A DNA stretch of 64,000 nt from Octopus sinensis (GCF_006345805.1 NC_042999.1:133920001-133984000), one strand, 5' to 3'. Numbered from the stretch's first letter, positions 38,994 through 52,360 are shown. The notes: generated by a model not told the origin, from the letters alone. A program made the numbers and translations.

Positions 38994-39599
38994 ATGTATG
39001 TCTCTGTGTATGTGCGTGAGTGAGTGTGTGTGTGTGTGTGTATGTGTGTGTGTGTGTGTGTGTTTATTCCATATACAAAGTCGTTTATATTTTAAATTAC
39101 TGTAGAGTGTGAGCTGACAGTTTCATTTTCTTTTTCTTCGCAACTCAGTTAACTGATTGGCTTGTGTGTAAAAGTTGGATTTCCAAGTGATCACTTATGT
39201 ACGAGCAATGCAGATCACAGTTGAACTGGTTGTCAATAACAGACACTAAATCTCGTAAGAAAAATCAATAGAGTTGACTCAGCCATTGATAATATAATTG
39301 AGATAATTTTCACCATTTGGCTTTAATTATTTGATAATCGGACTCACATTCTTCCAAATTTTTCCCGGTTAAACTACAACAGCTCCAACCTAGAAAACTT
39401 AGAAACCTGATTCACAATGGACAACTACTAATTCTATTGCTTCCCTTCTTACCAGCACAACCGGGAACTTCAAATATAACCAACATTCGTACACAACAAC
39501 ATAAATCTGCGACACAATGAAAACAAAAATATTTGAAGTTGCTGACAACTCATCCACAACATTCTCAACAGACGTAGAAGATATTAGTGAAACAAGATG

Positions 39600-40200
39600 A
39601 CATACAAAGAAGCTTAGAGCAAGTACAGTTACCACGTTTTGTCATCAAAGCAAAATAACTACAATCAAGTACTAAAAATTATATCAAACCCATCTTGGAT
39701 TGACTTCATTGTTGCAATATGTTTGCTTGTGAACGTCAGTGATCCTGAGAGTAATACCAGCGGAGTAGAAGCTTCTGGCAGGGTCTCAAAGGAGAGAGGC
39801 CAGACTATTACGGACCACTTCTATCCAGGGGTAAAAATGGATTTGCATAGAGCCAAAATTACTTCTTAGAAATAATAAAAAAAATACTAGAGCAGTATTA
39901 CTGAATTATTGATGATAATGCAAAACCAACAAGACCTGGAAGAAAAAGAGCTTCCCTCATGAAAAAGGAAGGGAACCATTTGAAGAGAAGCAGAGAGGAC
40001 AGCTCAGGTCCGAAAGTAATCCGAAAAAGTCGGATGGCCTCTGTTCCAAAAGGAGCGAAGAGCTTAAGAAAAAATGTATCTAGTTGTGTTGACTGGGTCT
40101 CCAAACTCTCCGTAACAAACCACTCGGAATATCGCATTATACGGAATGTCGCACTATACAATATAACATGTCGTACACAATCTACATTAAGAAGCTATCT
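39600..40200 (+). mobile_element. Possible Penelope RT thumb/linker remnant
   Basis: NYIKP, then in another frame LLQYVCL*TS...KLLAGSQRREARLLRT, loosely resembling the PLE thumb (Y.KP; QYL..S.H; SQ..R..RI). Many stops. Confidence 0.4.
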
Positions 40201-40575
40201 TTCTTAATCAAGGAGGCAAAAGTACTATAAATTAACGACCACCTGGACATGTAGTGAACATAATTTGCTTCCATATCTTTCTGAACTCCTTTTAATTATA
40301 TGGAAACCTACCTCTAAACACACAGACACATAGACAACACCTCAGAACACTGTCGCAACAATAGCGTAAAAGAAATGTTTCTCTCACTCAACCTAGACAA
40401 ACCTAAAAGTGACAAGCTCATAAATAGTTAAACATTAACATCCTCGCTGGTCTGAAACTCTTTGTTGTGATACACGTACCATGAACGATTACGAAAAAGT
40501 TCACTGCGAGGGATTTTACCGAGAAAGCATAACCATAGTATGTCACTATAAATAGTTAGAAACTATTTTATAAAT

Positions 40576-40661
<86 letters not shown>

Positions 40662-40804
40662 AGATAGGTATATATATAAATATATATGCATTATACATAC
40701 ATGCACACATGTATATACCTATATACACCTATATGCATATGTAACTACATACAATAAAAAGAAAAGCCGTTGGAAACCGATTATAACAGCGACTCCATCT
40801 AAGA

Positions 40805-40845
40805 GTATCTGAAGAAGGAATTTTATTCCGAAATATCATCAGGCT
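40805..40845 (+). ncRNA. Hammerhead core with intact stem II but weak stem I
   Basis: CTGAAGA-A-GGAAT(TTT)ATTCC-GAAA-TA-TC; only about 2 bp of stem I can form. Confidence 0.4.
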
Positions 40846-41267
40846 ATGGAGGACTAAATTACAACAGGTATATAGCCCAATGTCTATATTATAGTGCATT
40901 GTTGTAGCATTCAAAACTTTTTATTCTTTACATACAAATTTACATACCCATTTCCCACCAAAAAAAAAATAATAATACAAAAAAAACCGAAAGCAATGGA
41001 GACCAAAACGTATATTCCTTACGGTGAACTTCCTTGTGATGAATTGATGACGGTGAACTTACCGACCATGACCATAAGAAGAAAGCTTAAAGGAAGAGAA
41101 ACTGTCACGCTTTGACCAAATACTCTCGCCCAATTCTGCTCTAGCCGCCGTCAGAATCTAAGGGCATTGGGCAGTGGTTTTCAACCCCTTTTTTTCTTAT
41201 CAACCCCTTGATTATTGTTTTATTCGAATGGACCCTCAGAACCATCTGATGTACAAAAAATCCTATC

Positions 41268-41675
41268 ATAGGCGCTGGAGTGGTTGTGTGGTAAGTAGCT
41301 TGCTTCCCAATCACATGGTTCCGGTTTCATTCCCACTGCGTGGTACCTTGGGCAAGTGTCTTCCACAATAGCCTCAGGCCGACCAAAGCCTGGTAGACGG
41401 AAACTGAAAGAAGCCCGTCGTATATATGTATATATATGTATATATATGTATGTGTGTATATGTTTGTGTGTCTGTGTTTGCTCCACCCCCACCCAACATC
41501 GCTTGACAACCGATGGTGGTGTGTTTGCATCCCCGTAACATAGCGGTTCGGCAAAGGAGATCGATAGAATAAGTACTAGGCTTCCAAAGAATAAGTCCTG
41601 GGGTCGATTTGCTCGACTAAAGGCGGTGCTCCAGCATGGCCGCAGTCAAATGACTGAGACAAGTAAGAGAGTAAA
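41268..41675 (+). mobile_element. SINE family B, full
   Basis: ggcgctggagtggttgtgtggtaagtagcttgc...ctccagcatggccgcagtcaaatgactgagacaagtaagag. Confidence 0.85.
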
Positions 41676-42818
41676 AGGGAAATACCGTTATAGTTAACTA
41701 TTTTTAGAAATTGTATTAAAAATGTTGAAAAAAAAATTTTTGTATTGTTGAAGCATAACCAAATTCCTTGCACAGTCTTACTTGAACCCCTAAGGGTTAT
41801 TTAGCCTCTGAGTGAGAACCACTGGCATAGAGGAAATGACGGGATAGAGAATTCCCTTTCTCTAGAGTATCACACTATACCCCACACTATTCCTCATTGC
41901 ATGTCGAAGTGTGTTGTATAATCCACAGCTAGACAATGTCGGTATAAGCGGGCAAAAGAATGCTTGCCACAGATCATAGTGCCACTACTATCTCCTTACC
42001 TATAGAACTACTCAATCAGAACTAGCCTTGGGCTACACAACAACAACAATAGCAGCAGCAACAACAACAAACAACTTAGTTCTGACGTCATAAATTTCAC
42101 GTAATCTCGCAAGACGTGTGTAAAAGACCCAGGGAACACCACATTTTTGTGGTATATTGATTGGTAAATCCAGGTTTGGATTATGTAAATAGGTTACGAA
42201 TATATGGAAGAAACTTGTGAGACTCTTTAAGTAGTTAACATCTTGATTTTGTTGCTTGTGTTGTTTGTGTTTCTTTTTTGTCTTTGTCGCTGTTATTGTT
42301 ATTTATTTTTATCAAATCAATCTACAGAAGAAAAAGAAAAAAAACAACAAAAAAACAGCACAAAAAAACCACACGGGAAAAAAGGTATCCTGAGTGTTAA
42401 CGTCATACGGGAACATCAGCTGACGTAAATCATTCAATCCACGTTCGGATTTTAATTAATCATTGTTTAACAGTTGATCAGAACTAAATCTCCCTTTAAA
42501 ACTACGATTGATGACATTTGGCTTGATACCATCAACATTAAAATAGCTTCTACGGATTTATGGTAACATTAAGGGTCGGATTTAATACTGGGGGGAGGGG
42601 TACCACCGATCCCTACCTTACATACTACTCTGCTTCCTTTCACCTTTCTCACCCCATCCTACCCCCGACCCCATCACTCAGTTCTGGTAGCAGAGAATTT
42701 TCATCACAGTACGTCACGTCTCACGCAAGAATGTTGTATCATTCGGTTTAACTTGTGCGTGTGTGCCTGTATGTGTATGTGTAATTTATGTGTATGCGAA
42801 TATGTGAATGCGCGGTAC

Positions 42819-42854
<36 letters not shown>

Positions 42855-43149
42855 CACACACACATATATATATGCATATATATATATGCATATATAGGGG
42901 GAGGGGCGTGTGTGTGTGTATATGGAAGTGGTCTGTGTCTATGAGTATGTATATATGTGTGCATGCATGTATATATGTATGCATGTATGCATGTGTGTAT
43001 GTATGCATGTATGCATGCATGTATGTATGTATGTATGTATGTATGTATGTATGTATGTATGCATGTATGTATGTATGCATGTATGTATGTATGTATGTAT
43101 GTGTATGCCTGTACGCGTGGCTAACTATTGAGATGTTGATCATTGCGCC

Positions 43150-44145
43150 TTAGTTATAACCGTTCTTCATGGGTGGTGTTGTGGCGGCGGAAGCAGCGTT
43201 GGTGGTGGTGGTGATGGTGGTGGTAGTGGTGGTGATGGTGGCGGTGCTTGTGGTGGTGGTGGTGGTGATGGTGGTGGTGGTTGGTGGTAGTGGTTTTGTT
43301 GTTGTTGGTGGTGGTGGTAGTGGTGGTGATGGTGGCGGTGCTGGTGGTGGTGGTGGTGATGGTGGTGCTGGTGGTGTGGTGCTGGTGGTGGTGGTGGTGG
43401 TAGTGGTTTTGTTGTTGTTGTTGGTTGGTGGTGGTGGCAGTCATGGAAGGGGTAGAATTGATGGTTTTGATTTTGTTAGTCTGTGACATTGGTGGAAGAT
43501 GTGAATGGAGATGGTGCATGGTGTTGATGGTGCCGCCGATGGTTGTAATGGTGAAGGTGGTGTTTGAGATGATCATAGTTGCGAGAGTGGCTATGGTAGC
43601 AGTGTTAATGGGGTGGGGGTGATCGTGGCAGTGGTTTTTGTAGTGGTGGTGATGATGGCGTCGGTAGTGGTGGAGGGAGGTGGAGGTGTTGATGATAAAA
43701 CTCCGGGTATTAATGAATTACGATGACGGTTGTTGTGGTGAAGAAGATGAAGTATGGTCATGAATAGTGATGAATAATGGTGTTGATGATGATGGCGATG
43801 ATGGGGAGGTTGGCTTTGGTGGCGGTGATCACAGTGGTGGTGGTGGTGGTGGTAGTGATGGTGATGGTGATGACGACGCTGACGATGACGATGGTAATGA
43901 TTGTGATGATATGATGATGATGACGGGGGTTGCGGTGGCCGTGTGATGGTGGTGGTGGTGGTGGTGGTTGCGGCGATGCTGGTGGTGGCCATGGTGGTGG
44001 TGGTGGCGGCGGCGATGCTGCTGGTGGTGGCCATGGTGGTGGTGGTTGTGGTGACGAGTGCGATAGTGACAACGTCGACGTTGATGCTGACGATGATGAT
44101 GACGTAGACGAAGATGGTGGTGGTGGTGGTGGTGGTGGTGGGTGG

Positions 44146-44177
<32 letters not shown>

Positions 44178-44280
44178 GTGCTGCTGCTGCTACTGATGAT
44201 GATGAAGATGATGAAGAGGAGGAGGAAGACGACGACGAGGTGGATGAGGAGGACGATATAGATGATGACAGGTAAATGGT
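43150..44280. repeat. (GGT/GAT/GGC)n trinucleotide low-complexity block
   Basis: Mixed in-register triplet repeats; the source of the long poly-V/G/T/H/S ORFs. Confidence 0.9.
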
Positions 44281-44439
44281 TCGGGGTCGATGTGTATACA
44301 TGATTGTGCGTGTATTGTATGAGTGTGGACGGAGTGAAGAGGCAACGATGCGTGATTTGTGATGGTGACTGTAAAAGAAGACGAATGTTGAAATGGAAAG
44401 AATGATAAATAAGAAACATAAACACAAGAATAAAATCAA

Positions 44440-44803
44440 TGAAGGAGAAATGGAGAGAGAGGAGGAGGAGAAGGAGCTGCTAAGTGATGAGATGTAGGGT
44501 AGGAGGAGTAAGAGAAGAGGGAGACGGGGGAGGGGCAAGAAAGTATAGAGGTATGGTGAGAGATATGAAGATGGGGGTAAGAATGTTGTGAAGAAGAGAG
44601 ACAGAAGCACGGAGACGTGAGACTGAGAGAGACCGAGTGAGAAATAAAGCGGGAGAGTGGTGGGGAGAGAGAAGAATTAAGAGAAAGATGAGAATGGAGA
44701 AGCTGTGAAATGAAATAGAGAACAGTTAGTATGTGTGAGTTGACTTGTGTATGAGTGCAATTGTGTGAAAGTGTGTGTGTGTGTGAGAGAGAGTGTGTAT
44801 GAC

Positions 44804-44838
<35 letters not shown>

Positions 44839-45500
44839 TGTGTGTGTGTGTGTGTGTGTGGTGTGTGTGAGTGTAAGAGTGGAAGTGAGAGAAATTTTGA
44901 TAAAAATCTTCGGGGGGAAAGTAGGAGAAGGTGAGACAATGAAAAGTAAGCGAAAGATAAGAAGGGGTAAAGAAACAGAGAGAAAAGTTAAAAGAGAGAG
45001 CAAGAGAGAGAGATAGAGAGAGGGAGAGAGAAAAAGAGAAACATCATAGATTATAAGAAAGAGAGGGAGAGAGATGAAGAGAGGGAGACAGAAGGAGAAA
45101 GAAGGTGATAAAGGCAGAGAGAGTGATTGAAATACTGATAAAATGATTATGAAAGAAGGAAGATTGGAGAGTGAAGTTGAGAGAAGAAAGATGAGAAACA
45201 GTAAAGTATACGGGAGAGAGTAACGCAGATTGTGTGGGGAAAGAGAGTAACGCAGGTTGTCAGAGAGATAGAGAGAGAGAGAGGGAGAGAGAGAGGTAGG
45301 GAGGAAGAGAAATAAGAGAGGCAGAGAGAGAGAGAAGAAAAAAGGAGAGAAAGTGGATAAGAGAGGGAGGGAGATGAGGAGAGAAGGAGAGATTTCTGAA
45401 TAGAGAAGAGGTCGAATGACAGATACGGAAGTGAAAGGAAATGAGGCGCTAGGTAACTTGAGGTGGCGGGGGGGAAGAGGAGGAGTGGAAGGAGGAGAAG
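44440..45500. repeat. GA-rich polypurine low-complexity block
   Basis: Strong purine skew with (GA)n and (GT)n runs. Confidence 0.85.
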
Positions 45501-46419
45501 ACGTGAGGACGTCGCTCGGGTCTTAACAGACATTTTGCATCGTGCAAAGGAAGATAATGGCTCTTATTGGTAATATACGCAGACAGCTTCACGCCTTGGA
45601 AGTTGTAAATAAGGATTCTCTTGGTAATGGTGACATGTTTACTGCTTCCTTCTTGAAGCAACGACCTTTGGAATAAATCTTTACGATCAGGAGGTTAATC
45701 AGGTAAGCTGCCGACTGCAGTGCTAAATATATTTATAGGCAGGCAGATTTATGGAATAAAATCAGTGCTGTCCTGAACGCTAACACTACATACAATGTCG
45801 TCGAAACTGGCTGGCTGGCTGGCTGGTTGGCTGGCGGTTTGGCTGGTTGATGGAGTGGGTGGGTGGGTAGGTGGCTAGCTGGCGCTGGTGCTGGAGCTGT
45901 TGGTATGATTCTCATGATTTTTCGGTGTATAACAAGGCTGTTGCTCGAATGGTTAGATTGGTTATTTGTTTAGTTGCCTGTCTGTTTGTTTGTTTGTTTG
46001 TATGTTTGGTTGATTGGTTGGTTGTTGGTAAGCTGGTTGTCTCGTTGACTGGTTGGTTTTCGTAGATACTTTCCTTACGTATTTGAGTGGCTGGTTAAAC
46101 AGAATAAGTGTGTAGGTTAAGTTGAAGGTTTGGAAAGTTCTTGTTGCTTTCCTCGGGCCTCTATTTAAACAGATCAATGATTAAAGGTGTTCCGCCAATG
46201 TCCGTTCCGTCTTTTTGTACACCAGTATCTATCCTCTCGAATGTAACTTCCATCTAAGAAGATTGGATGAGAGAGCTGGTTGTTATTTCTAGTATAGCAA
46301 GCGACCATGCAGAGACACCGAATGTTTTGTTTTTCTTTTTCTTTTTGATGCTTTCTACTTTTTCCTAATGTATATATCATGATGAGCGAACGGATTGGTT
46401 GATAGCTAAGATAGTCATT

Positions 46420-47450
46420 GGTTTCAAATTTTGGCACAAGGCCAGCAATTTGGTGGAGAGAGACAAGTCGATTACATCGACCCCAGTATTCAAATGGTAA
46501 TTATTTTATTTTAACGGGTGGAGAGCTGAACCATCCTGGGGGTACAGAGGATTCGCAATCTAGACTAGGGTCTGAAAGTTTACCACACCATAGTGGGTTA
46601 CACCAAGGTTCCTCTGCTTTGTGGCAGAAGTAGGAAGAAAGAGTGAGAGAAAGTTGTGGTGAAAGAGTACAGCGGGGTTCACCACCACGGCGGAGGTTTC
46701 GAATTTTGGCACAAGGACAGCAACTTCGGGGTTGTGGTAAGTCGATTACATCAACCCCAGTGCTCAACTAGTATATATTCTATCAACCCCGGAAAGATGA
46801 AAGACAAAGTCGACCTCAGTTGAATTTGGACTCAGAGCACAGATTTCTTATATAAGGAAAAAAGGGGGTACTCAGGATTTTGGATTAGAATTATCTTTTC
46901 AGCACTTCCATCTCTTTTGAGAGATTCATCATCAATGATATATTTATAGAAAATTCCCACCTTTTATATATGAGTTGAAAAAAGTTCACAGTTGAATTTG
47001 CTTTCTTGAGTTTAGGGAAGATTGTGTTTTTGGAGTGGTCCAGTGGTTCATTGTTATTTTGAATCTGTGAGCGTACGTGTTTAAGTATGTGTAGTGTGAA
47101 TTTTTGGAAGTTTGGTTAGAGTGAGAAAAAAAGAAAAAGGAAAGACAAAAGGAAAGACAGGAATTTTATATTATTTCAGTAACAGTAATGAGGACATATA
47201 ATAGTCACAAATCATGAAATTTGAGGGGAAGGGCTAGCCGATTACATTGACCATGTCCACACTGCCCTTGCCTGGGAACGATCTGTGGATCGTACTTCTG
47301 CTCTTTCATTGACCCATGATTGGTACTTATTTTACCCGAAAGGATGAAAGGTGAAGACAGCCTCAGCTGAATTTGCACTGACAATGCAAGAAATACTACC
47401 AAGCATTTTGTCCACCGAGGTCACGATTCTGCCAGTTCGCCGCCTTAGCC
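46420..47450 (-). mobile_element. Cluster of three SINE family A copies or fragments (46420-46520, 46695-46840, 47215-47448)
   Basis: Recurring aaattttggcacaagg..agcaa, gtcgattacatc.accccag and gatgaaag..aaagtcgacctc motifs. Confidence 0.75.
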
Positions 47451-48230
47451 GGAAGAGATACTGGAAAATGTTTTGATCTACACTTTAACGATTCTAATAC
47501 TTTACTGTTGCTTGTCCATCTACTGAAACGTTACGAAGCGTCGGAATTCACAGCTACCAACACCAACACCACTACCAACACTACAACCATTGTCAGCACC
47601 GAGTAAGCTTTTATGTAGTCACATGATCTTCTGCGTACAGGAAATAAATTACGTTCTGTCATCTTACAAAGTATGAAAGGGAACGACATATTGTATAAAA
47701 GATGTCTGAAACTCCATACCTGAATGTAAGATAGTCATAACCGGAACATCTTCGATCATAGGTCTGCTCAATCAAAGATGAACTGAATCTACAAGAATGA
47801 CAACTTTACCGTGTCATGACTCTTGTGGTGTTTTTTGTTTTGTTATCAGTTTTTTTTTAATCCTTATATTTGTTGACATTTTTTACCTAAAGACAACTTT
47901 CAAAAGATCAATGTATAAATTTTTCTTTTGAGGAATATATTTTGATTTCTGCTTTTGAGTGCTACACAGCTTATCTTAAGTGCGTGCGTGCGTGTGTGTT
48001 TGTGAGTGTATGTGTATGTGTGTATGTGTGTGTTTCTGTATATGTTTCAACATGCGTGTATGTGTGTGTGTTTATGTATGAGCGCGTGTCGTGGCAAGCT
48101 GTCTGTCTTACCTTTTCCATCCTCATATTTTAAAATCGAAACTTGTTCATATTTCGATAAGTTATTGAAAATATTAGTTTATTTTTATATTACCTGTGTA
48201 TACACACACACACATACGCATACACACACA

Positions 48231-48277
<47 letters not shown>

Positions 48278-48278
<1 letters not shown>

Positions 48279-49622
48279 GAGTAGGGTGGTCACTCTCGCC
48301 CGGCAATGGGCCGAGAGGAAACTGTCCCTAAAAGGTCGAGCGGACGGGTGGCGAACACGTACATCGCGTCCGTCATCTACTACCGCCTGACCGTCGTACC
48401 TTGTCCCGACCCACCATCACCAAAACTACAAACGCATCCTCTTTCGCTTCTTGTGGAAAGGATGCGTCCCGATGGTCAGGCGATCCATTGCTGTCAACAC
48501 CCGTTTAAAAGGAGGGCTGGGCATGCCGTGGTTGATGATGCGCAGACACGCGCTGAGACTGCGACATCTCTGGCTCTATGTAGACGACGGTGAACAGGTG
48601 TGGTCGCCGTTTGTGAGGCACGCTTTCCCGCAGCTCGTCTCCATGACCGAACTGCAGTCGTGGATCAAAAAGAGGCCGAGGAAGGGCGAAGGCGAATGGC
48701 ACCGCGAGTGTCGCGTTGCTCTCAAGCAACTCTGCCGTCCTGGGTCGACCTTAAGTGACTTCAACACAACCAAAGCATTCTATAGGGGCTTAGTGGAGGG
48801 GAGGTACGACGACGAGCTCGGGGCGAACCTGGACGTCGACGAGAGAGTACCTGACCCGCCTGTTCGGGACGACTTTCGGGCCAGGGCCCATGGACAACTT
48901 CCAGAGATCCCTGGCCTGGCAGTGCTACCGAGAAGCGACCTACCGTTCGGGATAAGCTCTACAGAACGGCTCGAGAACACGGGGCCCGACCTGCCCGAGA
49001 TGCGGTCAGAGCGACGAAACCGTTCTGCACGCACTCGTTCAGTGTCCAACAATTTCCGAACCTGTGGGCTTATGTCGAACAACTGCTGTCACGTGTGGGG
49101 ACGAGTCGGTTTATCAGCTGAGTCTATCGTCAATATTGTCACGCCTCCTTCCTTCAAACGGGAAGGAAGAGCTATTTTCATCATCCTTGTGCTATGGCGA
49201 AAGAATGTATCTGGTGGACGCGTCTGAAAGGATTGGAGACAAACACTTTCCTCTCTGGTCAATCTCTCATCAACTTATTTCAAGTACCACTTGAAAAGGA
49301 AAGTGAGAGTAGAGAGGCAAGTTTTGTCTAGCGAATGTTTTAAAAAAAGATGGGTGAATGTAGCAAGAATGGCACGTATGAATGACGAAGCCACCTTGAG
49401 CATAGTCCTATGAACCCAGAAATCGAAAACAGAGAGTTGCTTATTTGCAAAAATAAAAAAAAAAAAAAAAAAAAGAAATATAAAATGTGACTTCATTGAC
49501 CGAGGTTACCGTGGTCTTTTCCGCAGGCTTTTTTTCCACGGGTAAACCTCACCTGTCCTCCCTTTACACTTCATATTGACATTTCTGTGATAACGATCCC
49601 TATTGATCATTTTTTTCCTCCC

Positions 49623-49654
<32 letters not shown>

Positions 49655-49719
49655 TAACCCCCCTTATTTTTGTCCCTCTTCTCTCCTTTTACGATCCCTT
49701 TTGATCGAACCTCCCCCTT

Positions 49720-49753
<34 letters not shown>

Positions 49754-49820
49754 CCTTCAAAAGAAAAGCTCTACCTTGTAATGTTCTATCTGTTGCAGCC
49801 CTATGTGGCTAATAAAGAAA
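48278..49820 (+). mobile_element. 5'-truncated Tx1 copy with complete 3' UTR, inserted in (TATC)n
   Basis: Homologous to positions 427 to 1. Encodes TCPRCGQSDETVLHALVQC (CCHC, about 48989-49050); ORF2 stop at about 49412; ends AATAAAGAAA at 49820. Confidence 0.92.
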
Positions 49821-49903
49821 CATATCTAGCTAGCTATCTATTCTATCTATCTATCTATCTATCTATCTATCCATCCATCTATCTATCTATCTATCTATCT
49901 ATC

Positions 49904-49934
<31 letters not shown>

Positions 49935-49946
49935 CTATCTATCTAA

Positions 49947-49978
<32 letters not shown>

Positions 49979-49997
49979 TCTATCTATGATCTATCTA

Positions 49998-50042
<45 letters not shown>

Positions 50043-50084
50043 TATATATATATAGTTAATCCAAAACAAGATAACACAAAAAAA

Positions 50085-50290
50085 AACACAACAACGCGAA
50101 GACGTGGAACAAATATAGTATTATGGGACGCTCAGGAAAGAAGGAAGAAGGAGGAGGGTCTAACGTTCGAGCGGAGCTTTTCGTTGGAAACATAGGACAA
50201 GGAAAGATCCAGAGAAGGGAAGACAGAGGAAAAAAATCACCAACGGTACACACGAGGTCACGTTTTGAAAGACCGAAAGGAGAAAGGGCG
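50085..50290 (-). mobile_element. Diverged copy of the 35190-35400 repeat (hammerhead decayed)
   Basis: caacaacgcgaagacgtgg...gacgctcaggaaag...ctaacgttcgagcggagcttttcgttggaaaca matches caaacaacgcgaggatgtgg...gacgctcggaaagg...ctacgtttcgagcaaagctcttcttcagaaaca. Confidence 0.7.
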
Positions 50291-50373
50291 AAGAAAGATG
50301 TTTTCAAAGACAGAAGAGTAGTATGGTCAAAGACAGCAGAATGTAGGAGGGGGAATGTGTGTGCAAGTGTGGA

Positions 50374-50404
<31 letters not shown>

Positions 50405-51029
50405 GTATGTGTGCAATGATGACACGTGTGTGTGTGTGTGTGTGTGTGCGTGTGTGTATGTGTGTGGTTGTAGCTGTAAACAACAGGCTAGGAGCTGGCT
50501 AGTTTGTAAGAATAAGGAGTGGTGTTTTTGTCCCTGCCACATTGAAGTATGTGTGTGTGTGCGTGTATGTATATGTATCGTGTGTGTGTTTTGTTTGTAG
50601 TATGTGTGTGTGTATACACACATTTATGTAAAACCTTTTGTAAAATTACTTGATACAGTTATAATGAGAAAAAATTTCTTTAGTTATCAAATATTTTAAA
50701 ATGATAAACTATTTAAAAAAAGTTCCTTTTACTTAACAGAATGTCACTAATCTTAGTAGAAGTTCATTAATACTGTGTATTTTATGTCTAATATGTATTC
50801 TGTGAGTACTCTTTTACATTTTTCAACTTTTCAAACACTCACTTTCCGGCTAATACATAGACAAATTGCTTTTTGTAATGATGTTGACTATTTCCTGTTT
50901 AGTTTTGAATTTTAAAGGGTATTCTTCTTTTGCCTTTCACACTTGATCATTTTCATTGTTTACTTTGTAAAACAGAAATATTTTTAATTTTCCATCAGCA
51001 CAAATATTTAGATATTTACAACTTGGAAC

Positions 51030-51260
51030 ACTTCTAACAGATGAATCTTTAATTTGCTGCCAATGCAGGTTTACACGATTGGGTAGTTTTTGTCCCTGTT
51101 TCTCCGATGAAATTCTAATTGCACTGAGAACATGTGATGCAGTAGATGAGACTTTTTGTTAGGTGGGGGTTGCCGTTGATGGATCTATTGGGGATCGCAT
51201 ACGTTTGAGATTCTCCGACCAAAGCGTCATCCTCTTTGCCAATACTTTAACCAGATTTTA
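51030..51260 (-). mobile_element. Penelope GIY-YIG endonuclease fragment
   Basis: SLIYCITCSQCN*NFIGETGTK, matching the GIY...YIG(E)T bipartite motif. Confidence 0.7.
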
Positions 51261-51696
51261 AAACTCTGTATTTAGGATGGTTATGGGGGTAGAAATTGTC
51301 TATATTATCCCCTGTTTTGGCGCCCTTTCTCAACAAAATTAACACACCTCGACTCACAGACCTGGTAATTCTCCTGTTTTGCTAGCGTTTGTCAAAGGGT
51401 CACCAAAAAGCTTTGGCATATAACCATAAATCCCATAGGGCAGACAATCCAAACCAGGCGATTAGACCATAGCACCACCAAGAACAACAACAAACTCTAA
51501 ATAAATCACGAAACCATCTTTACAAAATTTAACCCCCCCCCCACTGTACCCGCTAAAAAGGAACAAGAAAATACACAAGCCTAACAACAACAACAACACT
51601 AAAAACACAATACGACAAGAAAACACATAAACACAGCAAATCCATCCAAAGAAACAAAATTAATAATATAATAATAATAATAATAATATTATAATA

Positions 51697-51751
<55 letters not shown>

Positions 51752-51752
<1 letters not shown>

Positions 51753-52360
51753 TGGGCTACAGTCTTAGTATAGAAGATGGGCTACAGTCTTGGTATAAAA
51801 GATGGGCTACAGTCTTGGTATAAAAGATGGGCTATAGTCTTGGTATAAAAGATGGGCTACAGTAAATATTCTGCTCAATACCACAGATCTTGGTATAAAA
51901 GATGGGCTACAGCAAATATTCTGCTCAATACCACAGATTTGCTTGTCAGTTGTTTGACCTTAACCAGTTGAGCATGTCCCTTAGTGGCTGACAATATGTG
52001 CATCTCTGATCACGAGCAGAAGTAGTGGGGGAGCATCATAGCCGTGTGTTGAGAGGGATTCTTTGGGGTTTGAATAATTAACCTCTGGAAACATGGGTGG
52101 TTCTTTCAACATCCTTAAACACCCCTTATTCAGGGACCTTTTGGGCGGGATGGGCTACTCAACCAGAAGAAAATTCTAACTGGGCCCACCTGCAAAGTCA
52201 TGTGCTGTTTATCTTGATATGAGATCACCATGTCGCGCACATATGGTTGTGATGCATGTGCCTGGTGTACCCTTATCAGACGGGTAGTCATGATGGGTAT
52301 ATTGGGCATCGTATATTTTACCCCAGTCTCACTTTGATGGCATGCACTGCTCTCTCACTC
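51752..52360. mobile_element. ~550-bp AAT-flanked non-coding element, copy 1 (left end reiterated)
   Basis: Homologous to copies 2-4; right end ...gcatgcactgctctctcactc|aataat. Confidence 0.85.

Noticed and set aside
43154-44610. Long ORFs (up to 339 aa) rich in H, T, S, P, V or G
   Set aside because: Several frames on both strands are open because the triplet repeats lack stops; no domain, so not a supported gene.
50750-50900. hAT dimerisation-domain remnant (also 20230-20800)
   Set aside because: Only a loose match (VFEKLKNVKEY) among many stops; insufficient without an HMM.
51752-51901. 25-bp repeats as a CRISPR array
   Set aside because: Head to tail with no unique spacers, no cas genes, eukaryotic context.
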